From Mytilus californianus (taxonomy: Eukaryota): a stretch of 64,000 nucleotides of DNA. The position numbers were made by a program, and so were the translations under genes. The notes beneath the pieces are model-generated. The model was not told where the DNA came from. It saw nothing but the letters and a program-made list of their open reading frames with translations, and did not search any database. Positions 13,491 to 26,949 of this stretch are shown in pieces (position 1 is the stretch's first letter; every line of letters begins with the position of its first letter). The DNA is taken from assembly GCF_021869535.1 (NCBI RefSeq), contig NW_026262582.1:63178001-63242000 (forward strand). Direction: 5' to 3'.

Positions 13491-14095
13491 GATGTCCATA
13501 AATCAAACTTCAGAGTTGATTGTTAGTCCATGTTTTACAACCAAAGTACAAAGGAACTTATCGAGTTATCTTCAGGAGAGCCTACTGCAGACTTTTATAG
13601 TCCATTGTTCCCTTATTTGATGTAACCTGTTGCAACTAAGTTTGACCGCAATTGGTTGTACCATATTAACCCACCAAAAGGTCTTTTTCCCTTTTGTTCG
13701 TTTTGCAATATTTTTCAAACAACTTAACTATAGAACCATCATTTTAAAATTTTAGTTCTATTTACTAAAACAATAAATATACTTTTGACTTTATAGAAAT
13801 ACTTAATGACGTATGACAATGACGTAAAAGTTCACAAAAGATTTGCAGGATTTGATTCTAGTCATTCGTAAACTTGAAGGAAACATATACTTCCATAAAC
13901 TTTCTATTGCAGGTGTATAATGCTGCAAGTAGTTATGGATGATTAGAATATGCATTGATGAGACTGCAACCTAGCGACAAAATTATCCAAAACACACATA
14001 GAGATCAACACGTTTTATAAACACTCGTCATTAGATACTAGTAGTTGTGTATACAATTTTTTTTAGATGTGAATCGCTCGGAATGCATGATTTAA

Positions 14096-14489
14096 GGATG
14101 TTCGCTACTCTGTTTCAAAATAACAAGCTTTTTAAGAGACTGTTATAAATTGATAGCATATAATTAATGGAGCTAAAGAAGCAGAAAAAATTGAAGGGCC
14201 CGTGTCCTTGTTTTCGAGATAATAGCCTTTGAAAATTTGGCGGGAAATGATTTTCTCTAGATTTTTCATACATTTAACATTGGCACCTTCTGTCATTCAA
14301 AAACTATGAAAAAATAACAAGAATTTTATAAGATTTTCAAACATGGTTTTTTAAACTATATGTAATAAAATTATGAAAAGAAAAGTAGGGGTTAGTGGGC
14401 AATATTTTTAATGATTTGGTTTCATGGATAAAACCAAAGGATTCCGAATATCTGACAAAAATTAAAAAAAACAAGAGGAACGAACATCC
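14096..14489 (+). mobile_element. Non-autonomous TTAA-target DNA transposon (Kolobok-like, GG..CC termini)
   Basis: TTAA|GGATGTTCGC..CGAACATCC|TTTA; internal TTTGAAAATTTGGCGGGAA shared with other copies. Confidence 0.75.
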
Positions 14490-15688
14490 TTTAGCAGACA
14501 CTTTCATTGAATTTTAAAGATTTTCCATCACCACCAAATCCTGCATTATGGAAAAAAACCCATCTCAAAGATATAACATGAGACAACCTCCGAGGAGGAA
14601 ACCAATTCAATCAGTATTAAAAAGATTAAAAGTATTAAATGCAATTGAAAACGAGCGTTTGCTTCTGCGGTAAAGATTAAAACAGGACAATATAGATCTA
14701 TTGGTAAAATACCGATCTTCAGTATACGTTATGGTTTAAAACAAATAAAGATGGATCAGCTAATAAATCAAATTCGCATAAATTCCGATATGGGTGATAC
14801 CAGATACGTCGACTAGGTAAGCATTTCCTGTAGTAAGTGTCAAAGCCAGGAAGTCAACTTACTCGTTGAAAGTGTTACATGTCAGAGGAATGTGTCACAT
14901 GACACAGGCAACATTTTGGATCTATGGTTTATTATTTAGTTTATTTTTAGAGGTGAGAAATTGAGACTTTGTCACATCAACCGATTCATGATGGCGACAG
15001 TAGAACTTCTGAAGTGATCATTCCCTTCGTTCTTTCTGCTTGGTACGCTGGTACGTAAACGTACATACGCCACAGGCTTATGTAGATGGTATGTTTCTAC
15101 TCAAGAATTGGAAGCTTACAGTATAGTAGGAACACTTAAATCATAACTTTTATTGTAACGGATCTAAGTTTTAGTTGCTTATCAATTTCAAGAAAAAAAA
15201 CTCCATAACAAGCATTTTCTTTAGTTGAGAGTGTAAAACTAAGCACGAGCTTGCTATGGTGTTTATCTCATCAATCTGAGTAAACGGAAATTTACAAATG
15301 TCAAAGTAAACTACTGACAACATGTCGTTCCTTTTAATTTCATTTACATACATAGTATCAGAAGAAGAATTACGGTAATGAATTTCTAACTTGAATATAA
15401 CAGAAGCCAGACAATCACCCACCTTTTGAAATATGAACTTTGTTGCCAAACAGCATTTTTACAGTTTTGTATTAATTCAATTCGAAAGTTTTCATTCTCT
15501 AAAAAAAAATTAGCCGATAACTTAACCTGATTGGATTGGATACGAAACTAACGGTAGAGTTAATTTGATAAGGTCGTAGTCAAAGCTAGCAGTTTCTACG
15601 TAAATCAAATTAAGTGTGCATCATTTACTCTAACTGAATTAAATAATAGATAATACGATAATATTTTGTAACGTTCAAACAGACAATT

Positions 15689-15765
15689 AACAATCTCATC
15701 TTTGTAAAAATATTCACTGCGAGACAGCAACAATTCTTCTTTGTAAAAAATATTCACTGCGAGAC
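15689..15765. repeat. 40-bp direct duplication
   Basis: TCTTTGTAAAAA(A)TATTCACTGCGAGAC occurs twice. Confidence 0.8.
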
Positions 15766-16065
15766 GAAAACAAGATACTTGATGTTAATAGTGCATGCAA
15801 GAAGCCATGAAAACACAATATAATTCGCAAGAAAGCACTAATATATTTGATGTATGAGCAGTTCATGGAACTATGAAAGTGAAGAGAAAAGTGTTGCTTT
15901 TGAATTTCATCAACAGAAATCAAAATTGTTTTATTTTTTTTTATAACATTTTATGATAATGCAATATTCTATTTGTATGGTAAACTGATTATCAGAACGG
16001 AAATAAACAATTTAACAGAAATAATCGTTTGTTTTGTATACAGCAATCGAATTGCTCTATTTCAA

Positions 16066-16335
16066 AATAAGGAGATGTGGTATGATTATCAATGAGATAA
16101 CTTTCCACTAGAGACCAAACGGCGATGATGTAAACTTTGCAATTATATGTCACTATACGGTCTTAAATAATGAACCACACCCATACTGTATACTATATAA
16201 GCTATAAAAGGCACCGACAAAACAAAATGTAAAACAATTAACCGAGAAAACCAACATCTTAATTTTTAATAGAACAAAATAAATTACGAAAAAACAAATA
16301 TGCCGACAGCAAACAACGACAACCACTGATTGATA
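16066..16335 (+). mobile_element. Family B
   Basis: GGAGATGTGGTATGATTATCAATGAGATAAC head. Confidence 0.7.
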
Positions 16336-16591
16336 GTTTCTTGATTTAGTTTTCTTTGTAAGTCAGCTGTTAATAAACAATTTGTGTTTGATGCTTAAAG
16401 TGACGTGAAACACATATCTTAAACATCTTTGTGACAATTTTTTTTTATCTTCTTCTTATTTAAACTACACTTTCATGTATATCGTGAAGGTGTTGTTATT
16501 TTGAAAATCAGCAGGGAACATCCTCCTAAGTAAATTAATCATCCTTAGTAAGCTAATTGATATAAGTTGAGTAAAGACGACACGAAATTTA

Positions 16592-16656
16592 ATGCTTAAC
16601 TTGAGAGAAGTTAGAAAAGCTACGCTTCCGAAGTGTAAAGTTTCGCTATCGAAGAG
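16592..16656 (+). CDS. Possible upstream exon, phase-compatible with 19095-19212
   Basis: ATG..MLNLREVRKATLPKCKVSLSK + AG|GTAACA; phase 2 fits the downstream exon. Could be chance. Confidence 0.15.
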
Positions 16657-17429
16657 GTAACATTCTTTTTTCTTTCTAAAGAATATAACTGCTTGTTGGG
16701 GTTTTTCAATTCATCCCCTTTTCGCCTACTTTGAAATGTCTGCCGCCCAGCCAAGTCTAGTCCTTTTGATTGATCTCGTACAACCATTATTGTATTTCAA
16801 TTTTTCATAACATATGACAGCATTTCTGGGATAAATGCATTACAACCTCTATATAATTCGTGAAAGACACAAGACATCAATAATTGCTATGTTGATCTGA
16901 TCACGATGGTTTACCAGAAATAATTACAATAGGTCAATAATATTTATGATTTTGGATAAACATGTAGTTATCTGTTCTACTTCATATTGTGAAATCAATA
17001 CATGTTTGCTCATGCAGTTAAGAAGACACACTGTGATTTTGAGATGAGAACAGCGTTAGAAGCGCTGTTCCTTTGATTTTTGTGTTGTTTTTTTTTTGCT
17101 GTGCATGTACTGATTTTGTGTCATTAATGGATAACCCATATTCTTTGTTTATCTATTATAAAGCTAAGCTTTCAAGGGGCCAAGCTTTGCGACCAAGAGG
17201 CCAAATTTTAGCAGTTTGAAGTGCCTCGCTCATTGCCGAGAGCTGGAGTCTTTCGTGTCCCTTAATTTGGTAGACGTAGGGTTAGGGAGTTAAATTAGTA
17301 AGTACGTTGATAATACTAGGTAATCAGTTTCATCATTGATTTTGAAGAATTCCTGTGAATGGCCACTGCATGTCGTATTAAAATTGTCATGAGTTGTTGT
17401 TGTCATTTTTTTAAATTAACAAGCGTCGC

Positions 17430-17605
17430 AAAAGAGAGGCAAAGGGATATTCAAACTCAAAAGTCGAAAACAAACGGACAACGCCATGGCTAAACAGACA
17501 AACAATGGTACACAAAAACACAACATCGAAAACCAAAGACTGAGCAACACGAACCCCACCAAAAAACTAAGGTTGATCTCAGGTGCTAATGAAGGGTAAC
17601 CAAGA
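17430..17605 (+). mobile_element. Interspersed repeat family D (other copies: 4797-5010 -, 28562-28745 +, diverged 54600-54735 + and 60660-60800 -)
   Basis: GGGA(T/C)ATTCAAACTCA..ACAACGCCATGG..ACTGAGCAACACGAACCCCACCAAAAA..TGATCTCAGGTGCT. Confidence 0.75.
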
Positions 17606-18434
17606 CGCATTATACGATTACCAACAGAAGAAACTGGTGAAATCTTACTTTAGAACAATTGGCGAATAAACAACAGCACGTGCTGAGATATATTTGATAT
17701 ACTTTCTGTAAGAATGTTTTGGATAACTTAAACTTTTATTCGGCATAGGTTATTATACAATTTTTCCAGAAAATGTTAAATTGCCTGATAGTTAGTACAG
17801 CTGGTGTTAACAGAATGCGTTCGACCTGCCAATAAATAGTATGCTCACTTAAGTAGGCGGAGCTTCGCTAACGCAATTGTTGACCGTCTGCATCTAAAAA
17901 ACACTTTATTAAAACGATGATTGCAGTACAATCTTAAGTAAAAATCATTGTCGTTTGCTTGAAATAAATATGTCGTATGAAGCCTTTTAAGAAAACAAGA
18001 ACTATTATTTAGTTTCATTCTATTTCAATAATGGTTTTGTTTGATTATTTTTACACTAATTTGTTTGAAAATTGACAGACAGCGTAGTATAAAAATAATA
18101 TCGTGTTTAGCATTGACTTTGCGAAATAGTGGCCTCGGTTGAAGACATAAATATACTCCCCTTTGGTTTGTGCACTATGTCATCAACCCTTGCTATCCTT
18201 TTCTTATACTCAGATGACAACATTATTCTACCGATAAATTCGCAAAGATTTAATCTAAATGCGTTGTAACATACGATGGTGATTTAAATTGGTATTCTCT
18301 TAGCGTTATGATATGACGTTTAAACATTAATAATGGCAACTATTGGATTAGCAAGTACATGTAACAAAAATGCTGCAGTTTCATATTTTTACTTGTTTTA
18401 CCTTACTGATGTAAGGATTCTAAAACGACGCTTT

Positions 18435-18634
18435 CCCAATTATGTCACATTAACCTATTATGTCTGTTTGGGTGGTTCTCCCAATTTTGTCAATATAGCG
18501 TCCCAATTATTGTTACATTAACCTATTGTGTCAGTTTGGGTTGCTCACTCAATTTGTCTATATAACGTCCCAATTAATGTTACATTTACCAATTATGTCT
18601 GTTTGGGTCGCTCACCAAATTTTGTCAATATAAC
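18435..18634. repeat. 67-bp tandem repeat x3
   Basis: CCCAATTA at 18435, 18502 and 18569. Confidence 0.85.
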
Positions 18635-18639
18635 CGAAC

Positions 18640-18845
18640 TATAAACAACTGTCGTACAAGTCGGAGGTTTAACTAGCTATAAAACTAGGTTTAACCCATC
18701 ATTTTCTTGGCTCAAAGTCGGGAAAATGAAAGTTATTTTCCATTAGTTCCGTTGGTTGATAAAATCCGAAACATTCGATTTTGTAAGTTTTTATGGACTT
18801 CCCCTTTTTGAAATTACCTTGGAGTTTGGTATTGATGTTACACTT
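18640..18845 (-). mobile_element. Family C
   Basis: AACTGTCGTACAAGTCGGAGGTTTAACTAGCTATAAAACTAGG. Confidence 0.65.
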
Positions 18846-19094
18846 TTTCCTTCATAAAAAGGAAAAAAAAATAGCATGGTTACCTACAGTCATATTACAT
18901 AATAACGAGTAATTGTATTAAATAATTGACTCTAAATTCTTATGACAAGACGCCTACTATTTCTTTTCGTAAATGTGGATATTTGTCGATTCCCAGACGT
19001 GTTTAAGTAGCAATGTTTGACATAGAAGTCACATCATTTTTATTGCTCTCGTGAAATTTTACGAGATTTATTCGTTGTGTCTCCTATTCTGTAG

Positions 19095-19212
19095 GAATGT
19101 GATTGAAGAAGGTCAAAGAGACAGAAATAACATAATTTCTTCTATGAGGAGAGACGAAATGCTCGACACTTTACATGAGAGAATTCATGAAAAATTAAAT
19201 TTCCAATCTTGA
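19095..19212 (+). CDS. Candidate terminal coding exon, unknown product
   Basis: CTCCTATTCTGTAG acceptor, then G + NVIEEGQRDRNNIISSMRRDEMLDTLHERIHEKLNFQS*. AATAAA at 19275-19280. No homology recognised. Confidence 0.3.
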
Positions 19213-21159
19213 AGCATTAGACACTAGTGACAGCTTTCAGGCAAAAATATAGATATCGACCAATCAAATGTAACAATAAAGTATAATTTAGCTTAAATGT
19301 AACTGTCAATTCCAGTCATTTAAGCTTTACAACTTTGAGCGTTCATAAAAAATACAATGAATTGTTTATTTGAAATTGCGGAAGTGATGTTTTAACGTTT
19401 ATTGCGTTATTCAATCAAAACGAACATTACAAAACTGTAAAATTAGAATAAGGAATATGTTTATTACAATCGAGTAAAGTTATAATCATAAGCTGATCAT
19501 GTTAACAAACGCATCAACAAAAAAGTATTATTACACTTTAGAAAATATAGAAGCACTGGTTATAAAAATCCACAATAACAGATAATCGAAACTCCCATTT
19601 CCATCAAACAGTTGCGTTATTGAAAGTCAGCCTCAATATGAATTGTCTGATGTCTGACATGACAAATTAAAAATACAAGTGTAATAAATTAGATGTGGCA
19701 GCAAACCAGCAAAAACCTGAAAAGCTATCATGATGTCAATCTAAGGTTCTAAACAAAAAGAAAAAAGAATCGCGTCTAGAAAGCTGTGAAAAAAAGAAAT
19801 TTGTTATCTTATATTTAGAAAAAAATAAACTGAAGGATCTCACAAAGTGTATTTAATTGGTAAAGCATTAATAAACTTTAAAGATAGTTTCGGATTATCT
19901 GTGTGAGAAGTTTATATTTCATTACAACTGCTCATTACTAGTAATTACCGAGTGTACCAGTCTAAAAAGTACAACGAATAAAAAAAGAGGAAGTCTATAA
20001 AAACTGACAAAATCAAACGCTATCAGTCAACGGAACAAATAAAAAACAACCGCCATGACTTAGTACAGACATTTTCCAAAGAAAAATGATGGGTTATACC
20101 TGGTTGTGTAGAAACGGGACATTAGCCTTCAATAACAATGAGGTAGCAAGTTTTCAATAAGTATCCAATTTACTTACACTTTATATAGCCTTCATTTAAA
20201 AGGAAAGGGACATGATTGTCAGTATATTTTCATTGTGCACCTGTCAATTAATTTCACATTGCCTTGAGTAACTGTCATTCCAAGTGTTTCAGTCAAATAT
20301 CTTATTCTGCGTTATGGTAAGAAACGGAAAATTGTCTTTTTTTATGGTTTTCCTTGCTAAATTTAATTTCATTGACAAATATAGAATGCACAGCTGGTCA
20401 ATGAAATTAATGTCGTAATGTTTCTCTGGTTTAAAATTAATCTATCAATAAGAACTGTGCAATTTCATAACTGTCTACATTAAGAACCGAGATTCAATTA
20501 TTTTGGTTTTTGTTAGTTTCAGCATTAAACCTTAATAGCTGTTGAAATTCATCAGAAAAGTAAACATGCAGGGCGTAAAACTTTTAATTATGTGGTTTCT
20601 CCATGTTTTATATAAAAACACTGTGTAAAAGAATTTAATAATAAAGAACACCAACGCTTCTCTATAACGCTTCGCCAATCATAAAACTAATTTCATTGTA
20701 CCATTTCTTAATAAGCGTTCATTTATTTATCGCCCTGACTACAAAATACAAGTCCTGACCTCACTTTTTTCACTGTTGTATTTTCACATTCTTATGAACC
20801 GTAGTAACGTAAGAGGCACAATTTAAAAAGATGCACAGCTTTTATTTGTATTATATATTTAAATAGGTGAAATAATGTAACATGTATAACATATATTGAT
20901 ACTACAAGTATAACCTTCCTCGCATAGGTATATATCATCAGCTGGTTACCGACACATTAATATCGTAAAATGTATCAGTCCAAGCCACAATGTAAACCTT
21001 TTTTGGAGCAGCGAACGAGCAAACAAGTTTCACATTGTGTAGGAGCGGCAAATATTTAACGAAAGCTATACGTAGAAAAGCCCATAATCTGTTTATCGTT
21101 CTAGATCTATTACTGGTCTTTTACCTTGGAACCCTTAGATAGTTTACGACTGACAAGGG

Positions 21160-21290
21160 TAAGGACCATACGGTATGGGTTTTCTCATTGTTGAAGGCCG
21201 TACGGTTGTCTATAATTGCTTACATCCACTTCATTTGAACTTGGTGGATAGTTGTCTCATTGGCATTCAAACCACACCTCCTTATTCTTA
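21160..21290 (-). mobile_element. Family B fragment
   Basis: CTCATTGTTGAAGGCCGTACGG..TTGTCTCATTGGC. Confidence 0.7.
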
Positions 21291-21444
21291 TATAGATATG
21301 TCTCCTCACAAATTTTGACTATGTTGATAACCTCTCCTCAGACATCGCTGATAATGTCTGCTCACATCTGAGAGCCAAGATACAAGAATTAAGGGTGATA
21401 TAGGCGGGGGAAAGGACGATAATTTACATTATATACTTACTGGA

Positions 21445-21680
21445 GGAGTTCAATCTACAGGTGCATTGGTACCCTTTGTGGTTTTATGCTCTTTTACTAA
21501 GTTAGACATTTAAGATTCCTTACAAAGATTAAATCAGCATTAAATTTTGAAACACCTATCCTTTGTTTGAAGATGAGGTTAATTGACATCATTTAAAAAG
21601 TTTAAAAAAAATCGTCTACTGATTGGTTTCAGATTGGTTTTATTGACATTTGGAACTAATTGTCATACCCAACTATATCA
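21445..21680 (-). pseudogene. Partial copy of the terminal block
   Basis: GACATTTAAGATTCCTTACAAAG..AAACACCTATCCTT as at 26541 and 39064; several stops. Confidence 0.45.
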
Positions 21681-22611
21681 GTCCTATTCAGGACCGATAA
21701 CTCTGTCGATAAATATTGTCGGGTATACAATGTTGTTGAAATCAGAGCAATTGTATTATATGTCTCTGTTGAAATGTATACAATAACAAATTTTTTTACA
21801 CAAGTTTAACTTTATATCGATTTATTGAATGCCTGGATTTTGCTTAAAATATTGAATTTAAAAAATAAATAATAAAATCATATTCAATGAAATCTCGTTT
21901 AATTTTTTACGAAATAATACAAAATCCATTTAAATTAAAATTTGAACAAAATATTTCTTTAAAATAATTATAGAAACATAAATATTAGTTTGATTATCTT
22001 TTAAAGCAAAAATTATTTTTTTAAAGATTTTTTTTTATAATATTCATATTTTCTTTATTATGATACATACTTCTTCTGGTTTGACACGGGGAAGAGAAGA
22101 TATTTATCACAAAATTTAAACTCTGGTAATACATGTATACACAGGATGTTTAATGTCACCTGGTTGCTTTTGGTTTGCACGTCCACCTGACAATATATTG
22201 TTATGTAACATTACATCCAAAGTCAGAGTTCACCTGTTCGTCAAGTGATGGGATTTTGAAGGTATGGAATATTTATCTATAATAATTGTTGGGATTTTTT
22301 TCTCTCTTGGGACGTAAATATTTTTTTGTTCTAAAAGGAATGTATAAATATATTTCGAAAGAAAGATAAATTATACAGAAAACAGGAAAAAAACCTTTTA
22401 AAAAAAGAAGAGAAAAAATTTTATTATAAATTTTATTGTTAACTATTTTCTGGTAACAGTATATCCTGGATATCTGTAAAAATAAAATGTTCCCGTGTCA
22501 CACTTAAAATAATATTTTTTTAATCAATAAATTTTGAAATCAATCATATCGAAATATCACCAAAGAAAATAACAGAAACATCAGAGATTCTACATGAAAA
22601 CTAAATTAAAT

Positions 22612-23240
22612 CACGGTACCGGTCTAAAATAAAAACAATGTATGGGCTGATCTGTATAATCTTACGGAAGTAACGGAAGTTGAGTCTTCCGGTGTCTCAC
22701 CTACACTTTTTAGATAAAAGAAAACCTGCTGGATTATTTTACCTTTTATTACCGAGGATGCAAAAAACGCTTGGTGTATAAATTAAAATGATTATGTTCT
22801 AAAAGGAAAACCGCTACCTTAGTGTTATTTAAGAAAGGAAGACATTTAAGATTCCTTATAAAGAATTAATCATGACTTAAAACACCTATCCTTTTCTCTG
22901 TGATGACGTAAAAAGGAAAATAACAAAAATACAGAACTCCAAGGAAAATTCAAAACGAAAAGTTCCTTATCAAATGGCAAAATTAAAAGCTCAAATACAT
23001 CAAACGAATGGAAAACAGCTGTCATATTCCTGACTTGGTACAGGCATTTCCTTATGTAGAAAACCAGGTTTAGTCCATCATTTTCTACACATTTTATGAC
23101 ATTAAGAACTATTTGTGTACCGGTCAAAAATTAAAACAATGTATGCACTGAAAAGTACTAATAATATTCCGATATCTTCTCACCAGAGTCTGCTTTGACT
23201 CCTGTGTCAATGTCCCGGAAGTTGAGTCTTCCTGTGTTTC
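22612..23240 (-). pseudogene. Two further partial copies of the terminal block; the second is interrupted by a family C repeat (22912-23090)
   Basis: CGGAAGTTGAGTCTTCC(G/T)GTGT at about 22675 and 23216; GACATTTAAGATTCCTTA at 22841. Confidence 0.45.
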
Positions 23241-23589
23241 AGCAGGAACATATATAGTTTTTCAGTTTTTATATCAAATCTGTTAAAAATTATAAAAATA
23301 ATCTGGCATTGCACAATAACTCATTATTATAAATGTTAACAAAAGTTTGGAAATAAAAAAAAAATCTCATAACACTTTCTACGATCTAGAACTACTGTTT
23401 TTAGAGATCCGCACTAAAAGAAAGGGCGAAACCCCAAGTCTTCCAAGGCTCCAGTAAATAATTTGATTATTGAAAGTCAGAATAAATGGGTTCATTGTTC
23501 ACATGAAACATTAAAAAATAAAATTGTATCAAATAAATGGTCAACATGAGGTATTAAACAAAATCAAAAACACTAAAAAAAGTGTCGAT

Positions 23590-24145
23590 ATAAAAATAAG
23601 AAGATGTGGTATGATTACCAACGAGACAACGCTCCACCAGAGACCAAATGACATAGAAGTTTACAACTATAGCTTACTGTACGGCCTTCAACAATGAGCA
23701 AAACCAATACCGCATAGTGAAGACTGTTGCCCCGAATCTAGGAAGAACAAAAATGAAACTTTAAAGACAGGCATTTTAGCCGCTTCTTCTTAAAGTAGAG
23801 GTGAACGAACTTACAACTGTCCCAGGTTAGGGGTAAGGTTTTGCGCCAACAAACTAGTTTAATCCCGCCTCATTCTATATGTGTCTGTCCCAAGTCAGGA
23901 GCTCGTAGTTCAGTGGTTGCCGTTGGTTTATGTGAGTCATATTTGTTTTTTCGCAAACTGTTACGTTTCCTCTGTTGAATTGTTCAAATTATTCATGTTG
24001 AGGCCTTTTATAGCCGACTTTACGGTATGGGGTTTTCTCATTGTTGAAGGCCGTACGGTTGCCTATAGGTGCTTACATCCATTTCATTTGAACTTTGGTG
24101 GATAACTGTCTCATTGGCAATCATAACACATCTCCTTATTTGTAT
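23590..24145. mobile_element. Two family B copies in opposite orientation (23590-23725 +, 23815-24145 -)
   Basis: The shared head GTACGGCCTTCAACAATGAG occurs on both strands. Confidence 0.75.
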
Positions 24146-24399
24146 ATTGCATCATAAAAATAAGGAAAACTGGTATGACTGCGAATGTGACAATCATCAC
24201 TTCAAAACTAAAGGACAATCAACTTTAAACAAAGCATAGACCATAAAAAAAAACTATCAAAGATACCGGGATGTAAAAATGTAAAACAATTAAATATAGA
24301 TAACAAACAACCCAATTAATTAATACTTGAATAAAAGAAAAACATGCTCTTTTTACTAATTCCTCACCAAGATGTCAGCATTTGCCACATCTATCCTAT

Positions 24400-24660
24400 T
24401 ACTTCACGATGGTTTTATTGACATAGGGAACTAATTGTACACTTGCTAAAAATTAAAAACAATGTACTCGCTGAACAGTATAATCTTCCGCAATCCCCTC
24501 ACCGTAGTCTGTATTGTCTCCGGTATTACTGTTGAGTCTTCCGGTGTTTCACATAAACTTTGTTAATAAATGAAAATCTGTTGCAATATTTAATCTCTTA
24601 TTACTGAGGAGACAAAACACGTGGTGCATGAATCAAAATCAATATTTATTTTTTGTAACT
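24400..24660 (-). pseudogene. Partial copy of the terminal block plus adjacent intron-like sequence
   Basis: AAAACAATGTAC..AGTATAATCTTCCGCAAT..GTTGAGTCTTCCGGTGTTTCAC. Confidence 0.45.
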
Positions 24661-24699
24661 TAAAAACTTACTTTTATTAAGTCATACTGGTACTTTGAT

Positions 24700-25250
24700 T
24701 AATATTTAAACCCGCTGCATTTGTTTGCACCTGTCCTAAGTCAGGAAGCTGATGTTCAGTAGTTGTCGTTTGTTGATGTGGTTCATAAGTGTTTCTCGTT
24801 TTTTGATATAGATTAGACCGTTGGTTTTCCCGTTGAATGGTTTTACACTAGTCATTTTTGGGGTCCTTTATAGCTTGCTGTTCGGTGTAAGCCAAGGCTC
24901 CGTGTTGAAAACCGTACTTTGACCTATAATTAATGGTTTACTTTTATAAATTTTGACTTGGCTGGAGAGTTGTCTCATTAGCACTCATACCACATCTTCT
25001 TATATCTAGTTACAGTTGCTTTGAGTTTATTTCATGGTAATGTCGAATTAATGCGTAGTTGACACTGTAAAATATTTATCTTGAAACTGTTGTTCGACCG
25101 TTTCTTCTTGAAGTAAAGGTGAACCAATTTACAGCATAAAGATAAGGAAATGTGGTCAATGTGACAACTCTCCGTTAGAGACCAACGGACAAAGATGAGA
25201 ACCGTACGGCCTTTAACAATGAGGAAAACTAATACAGTAAACTAAAGCTA
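24700..25250. mobile_element. Family B copies (24700-25008 -, 25140-25250 +)
   Basis: Family B motifs on both strands. Confidence 0.75.
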
Positions 25251-25634
25251 CCATGGGATGAAAAAAAAAGGAAAAATTAAAGAAAAGAAAATTTCAAGAG
25301 ATTTCTGTTAAGGTTTTTGAACAATTAACTCAACCAATAGTATCTAGAATAATTTATCAATGCATTTATCAACTTATTTTTGAGAATGTTAATTGTTGTA
25401 GCGAAAGAAAAAAAATCTCATAACAGTTTTGATGATCTAGAAGCACTGGTTTCAGAAATAAGCAATAACAGACAGACGAAACTTCCATTCATACTTTTGA
25501 TAAACTGGAACTAATGGCTTTAGAGATCACTAAAGGACACTAGCCTTAAATTACGACGAGGGTGCAACTTTTCAATAAGTATCAAATTTATTGATACTTT
25601 ATTTTTAGTAACCTTCATTTAAAAAGAATGGAAA

Positions 25635-25792
25635 AAGTAAAATAACAGAAATATCGAGCTCCAAGGAATATTCAAAGCGGAAAGTCCTTTATCAAATGGC
25701 AAAGTCAAAAGCTAAAAAAATAACCGAATGGAAAATAACTGTCATATTCCTGACTTGGTACAGGCATTTCCTTATGTAGAAATTGGTGGACA
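25635..25792 (+). mobile_element. Family C (other copies: 22912-23090 +, 39720-39960 +, 40935-41105 -, 59485-59640 +, 61045-61200 -)
   Basis: CTGTCATATTCCTGACTTGGTACAGGCATTTCC motif in each copy. Confidence 0.75.
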
Positions 25793-26442
25793 ATTTTTTC
25801 ATTATACAGCTGTCCAATAATTTAATATGGCATTCAGTAAATTTCGTTTTACTTGAAAAATTGTGTATTAGTCAAATATCAACGTCTGCGATATATGGTT
25901 GGAAATATTAATTTGTCTGTTTTATGGTTTTCCTTGCTTAATTTAATTTTCACGACAAATATAGAATTCACGGCTGGTCAATGAAATTAATGTTTTAATG
26001 TTTCTCTGGTTTGATATTCATCAGTCAATAAGAACTGTGTGATGTTATTAATGTCTACATAAAGAACCAAGATTCAATTATTTTGGTTTTTGTTAGTTTC
26101 ATCATGGAACCTTAATAGATGTTGAAATATATCAGAAACGTAAACAATTGGGAGAAAACCCTTCGGTTACGTGGATTCTCTCAGCTTGATAAAAAAAAAA
26201 CATGGAGTAAAGTAATTAAACTATAAGGAACACAAACACTTCTTTCGCGTAACATTTCGTAATTCATAAAATTAATTTCTTTGCAACATGTCTTGATTGC
26301 CCTGACTACACAATTCCTGTCTCCCCCTTTTTACAGTTTATTTTCATACTCTAATGGAGCATAGTAGCTCGAAAAGCAAAATTTGAATAAAATGCAAAGC
26401 TTTTATTTGTATATCATATATAAGAAAACTGATATTACACGA

Positions 26443-26808
26443 TTAACCTTCCCCGCATAGCTTGCATTTTACACGTGTAGGAGGTGTCCACTCTACAAGT
26501 GCACTTGTACCTTTTACGGTTTTATGCCCTTTTACTAAGGTAGACATTTAAGATTCCTTACAAAGTTTTAATCAGCGGTTTAAACACCTATCCTTTTGCT
26601 TTTCTAAAGACGTCAGTTTTGAAGAACCTCGCGCTACAGTTGGTCTATGACTTTTTAAAGTTTTACTAACACTCGGAATTATTTGTATACCGGTTAACAT
26701 GAAAACAATGTACGCTTCTGACCAGTATAATGCTTCGCAATTTCCTGACCAGAGTTTGTATTGTTTCCTGTGTCTCGCTTCCGGAAATTGAGTCTTCCTG
26801 TGTTTCAC
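26443..26808 (-). pseudogene. Disabled terminal-exon-like block of an unidentified duplicated gene (copy at 26.6 kb)
   Basis: Acceptor TGTAG|GTGAAACAC at 26808. Frame reads ..HRPTVARGSSKLTSLEKQKDRCLNR*LKLCKES*MSTLVKGHKTVKGTSALVEWTPPTRVKCKLCGEG*. AATAAA at 26407-26402. Homologous to 38964-39318. Confidence 0.5.
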
Positions 26809-26949
26809 CTACACCTTTCGAACGAAAGAAAATCTGCATGCAATAAATAATCGCTTACTGTCTCAGTGGATTCGAACCACGTGGTGTAGGTATTGAATTT
26901 AATATATTTTTGTATTGGAAAATTTACTTAATAGACTCATACATTAGTA

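Noticed and set aside
14687-14822. Exon-like segment ending TAG|GTAAGC
   Set aside because: All three frames are closed at or shortly before the donor.
20535-20545. Other CTGANGA matches (e.g. about 20540, 20937, 31766, 45880)
   Set aside because: No helix II hairpin plus GAAA follows, so they are not hammerheads.
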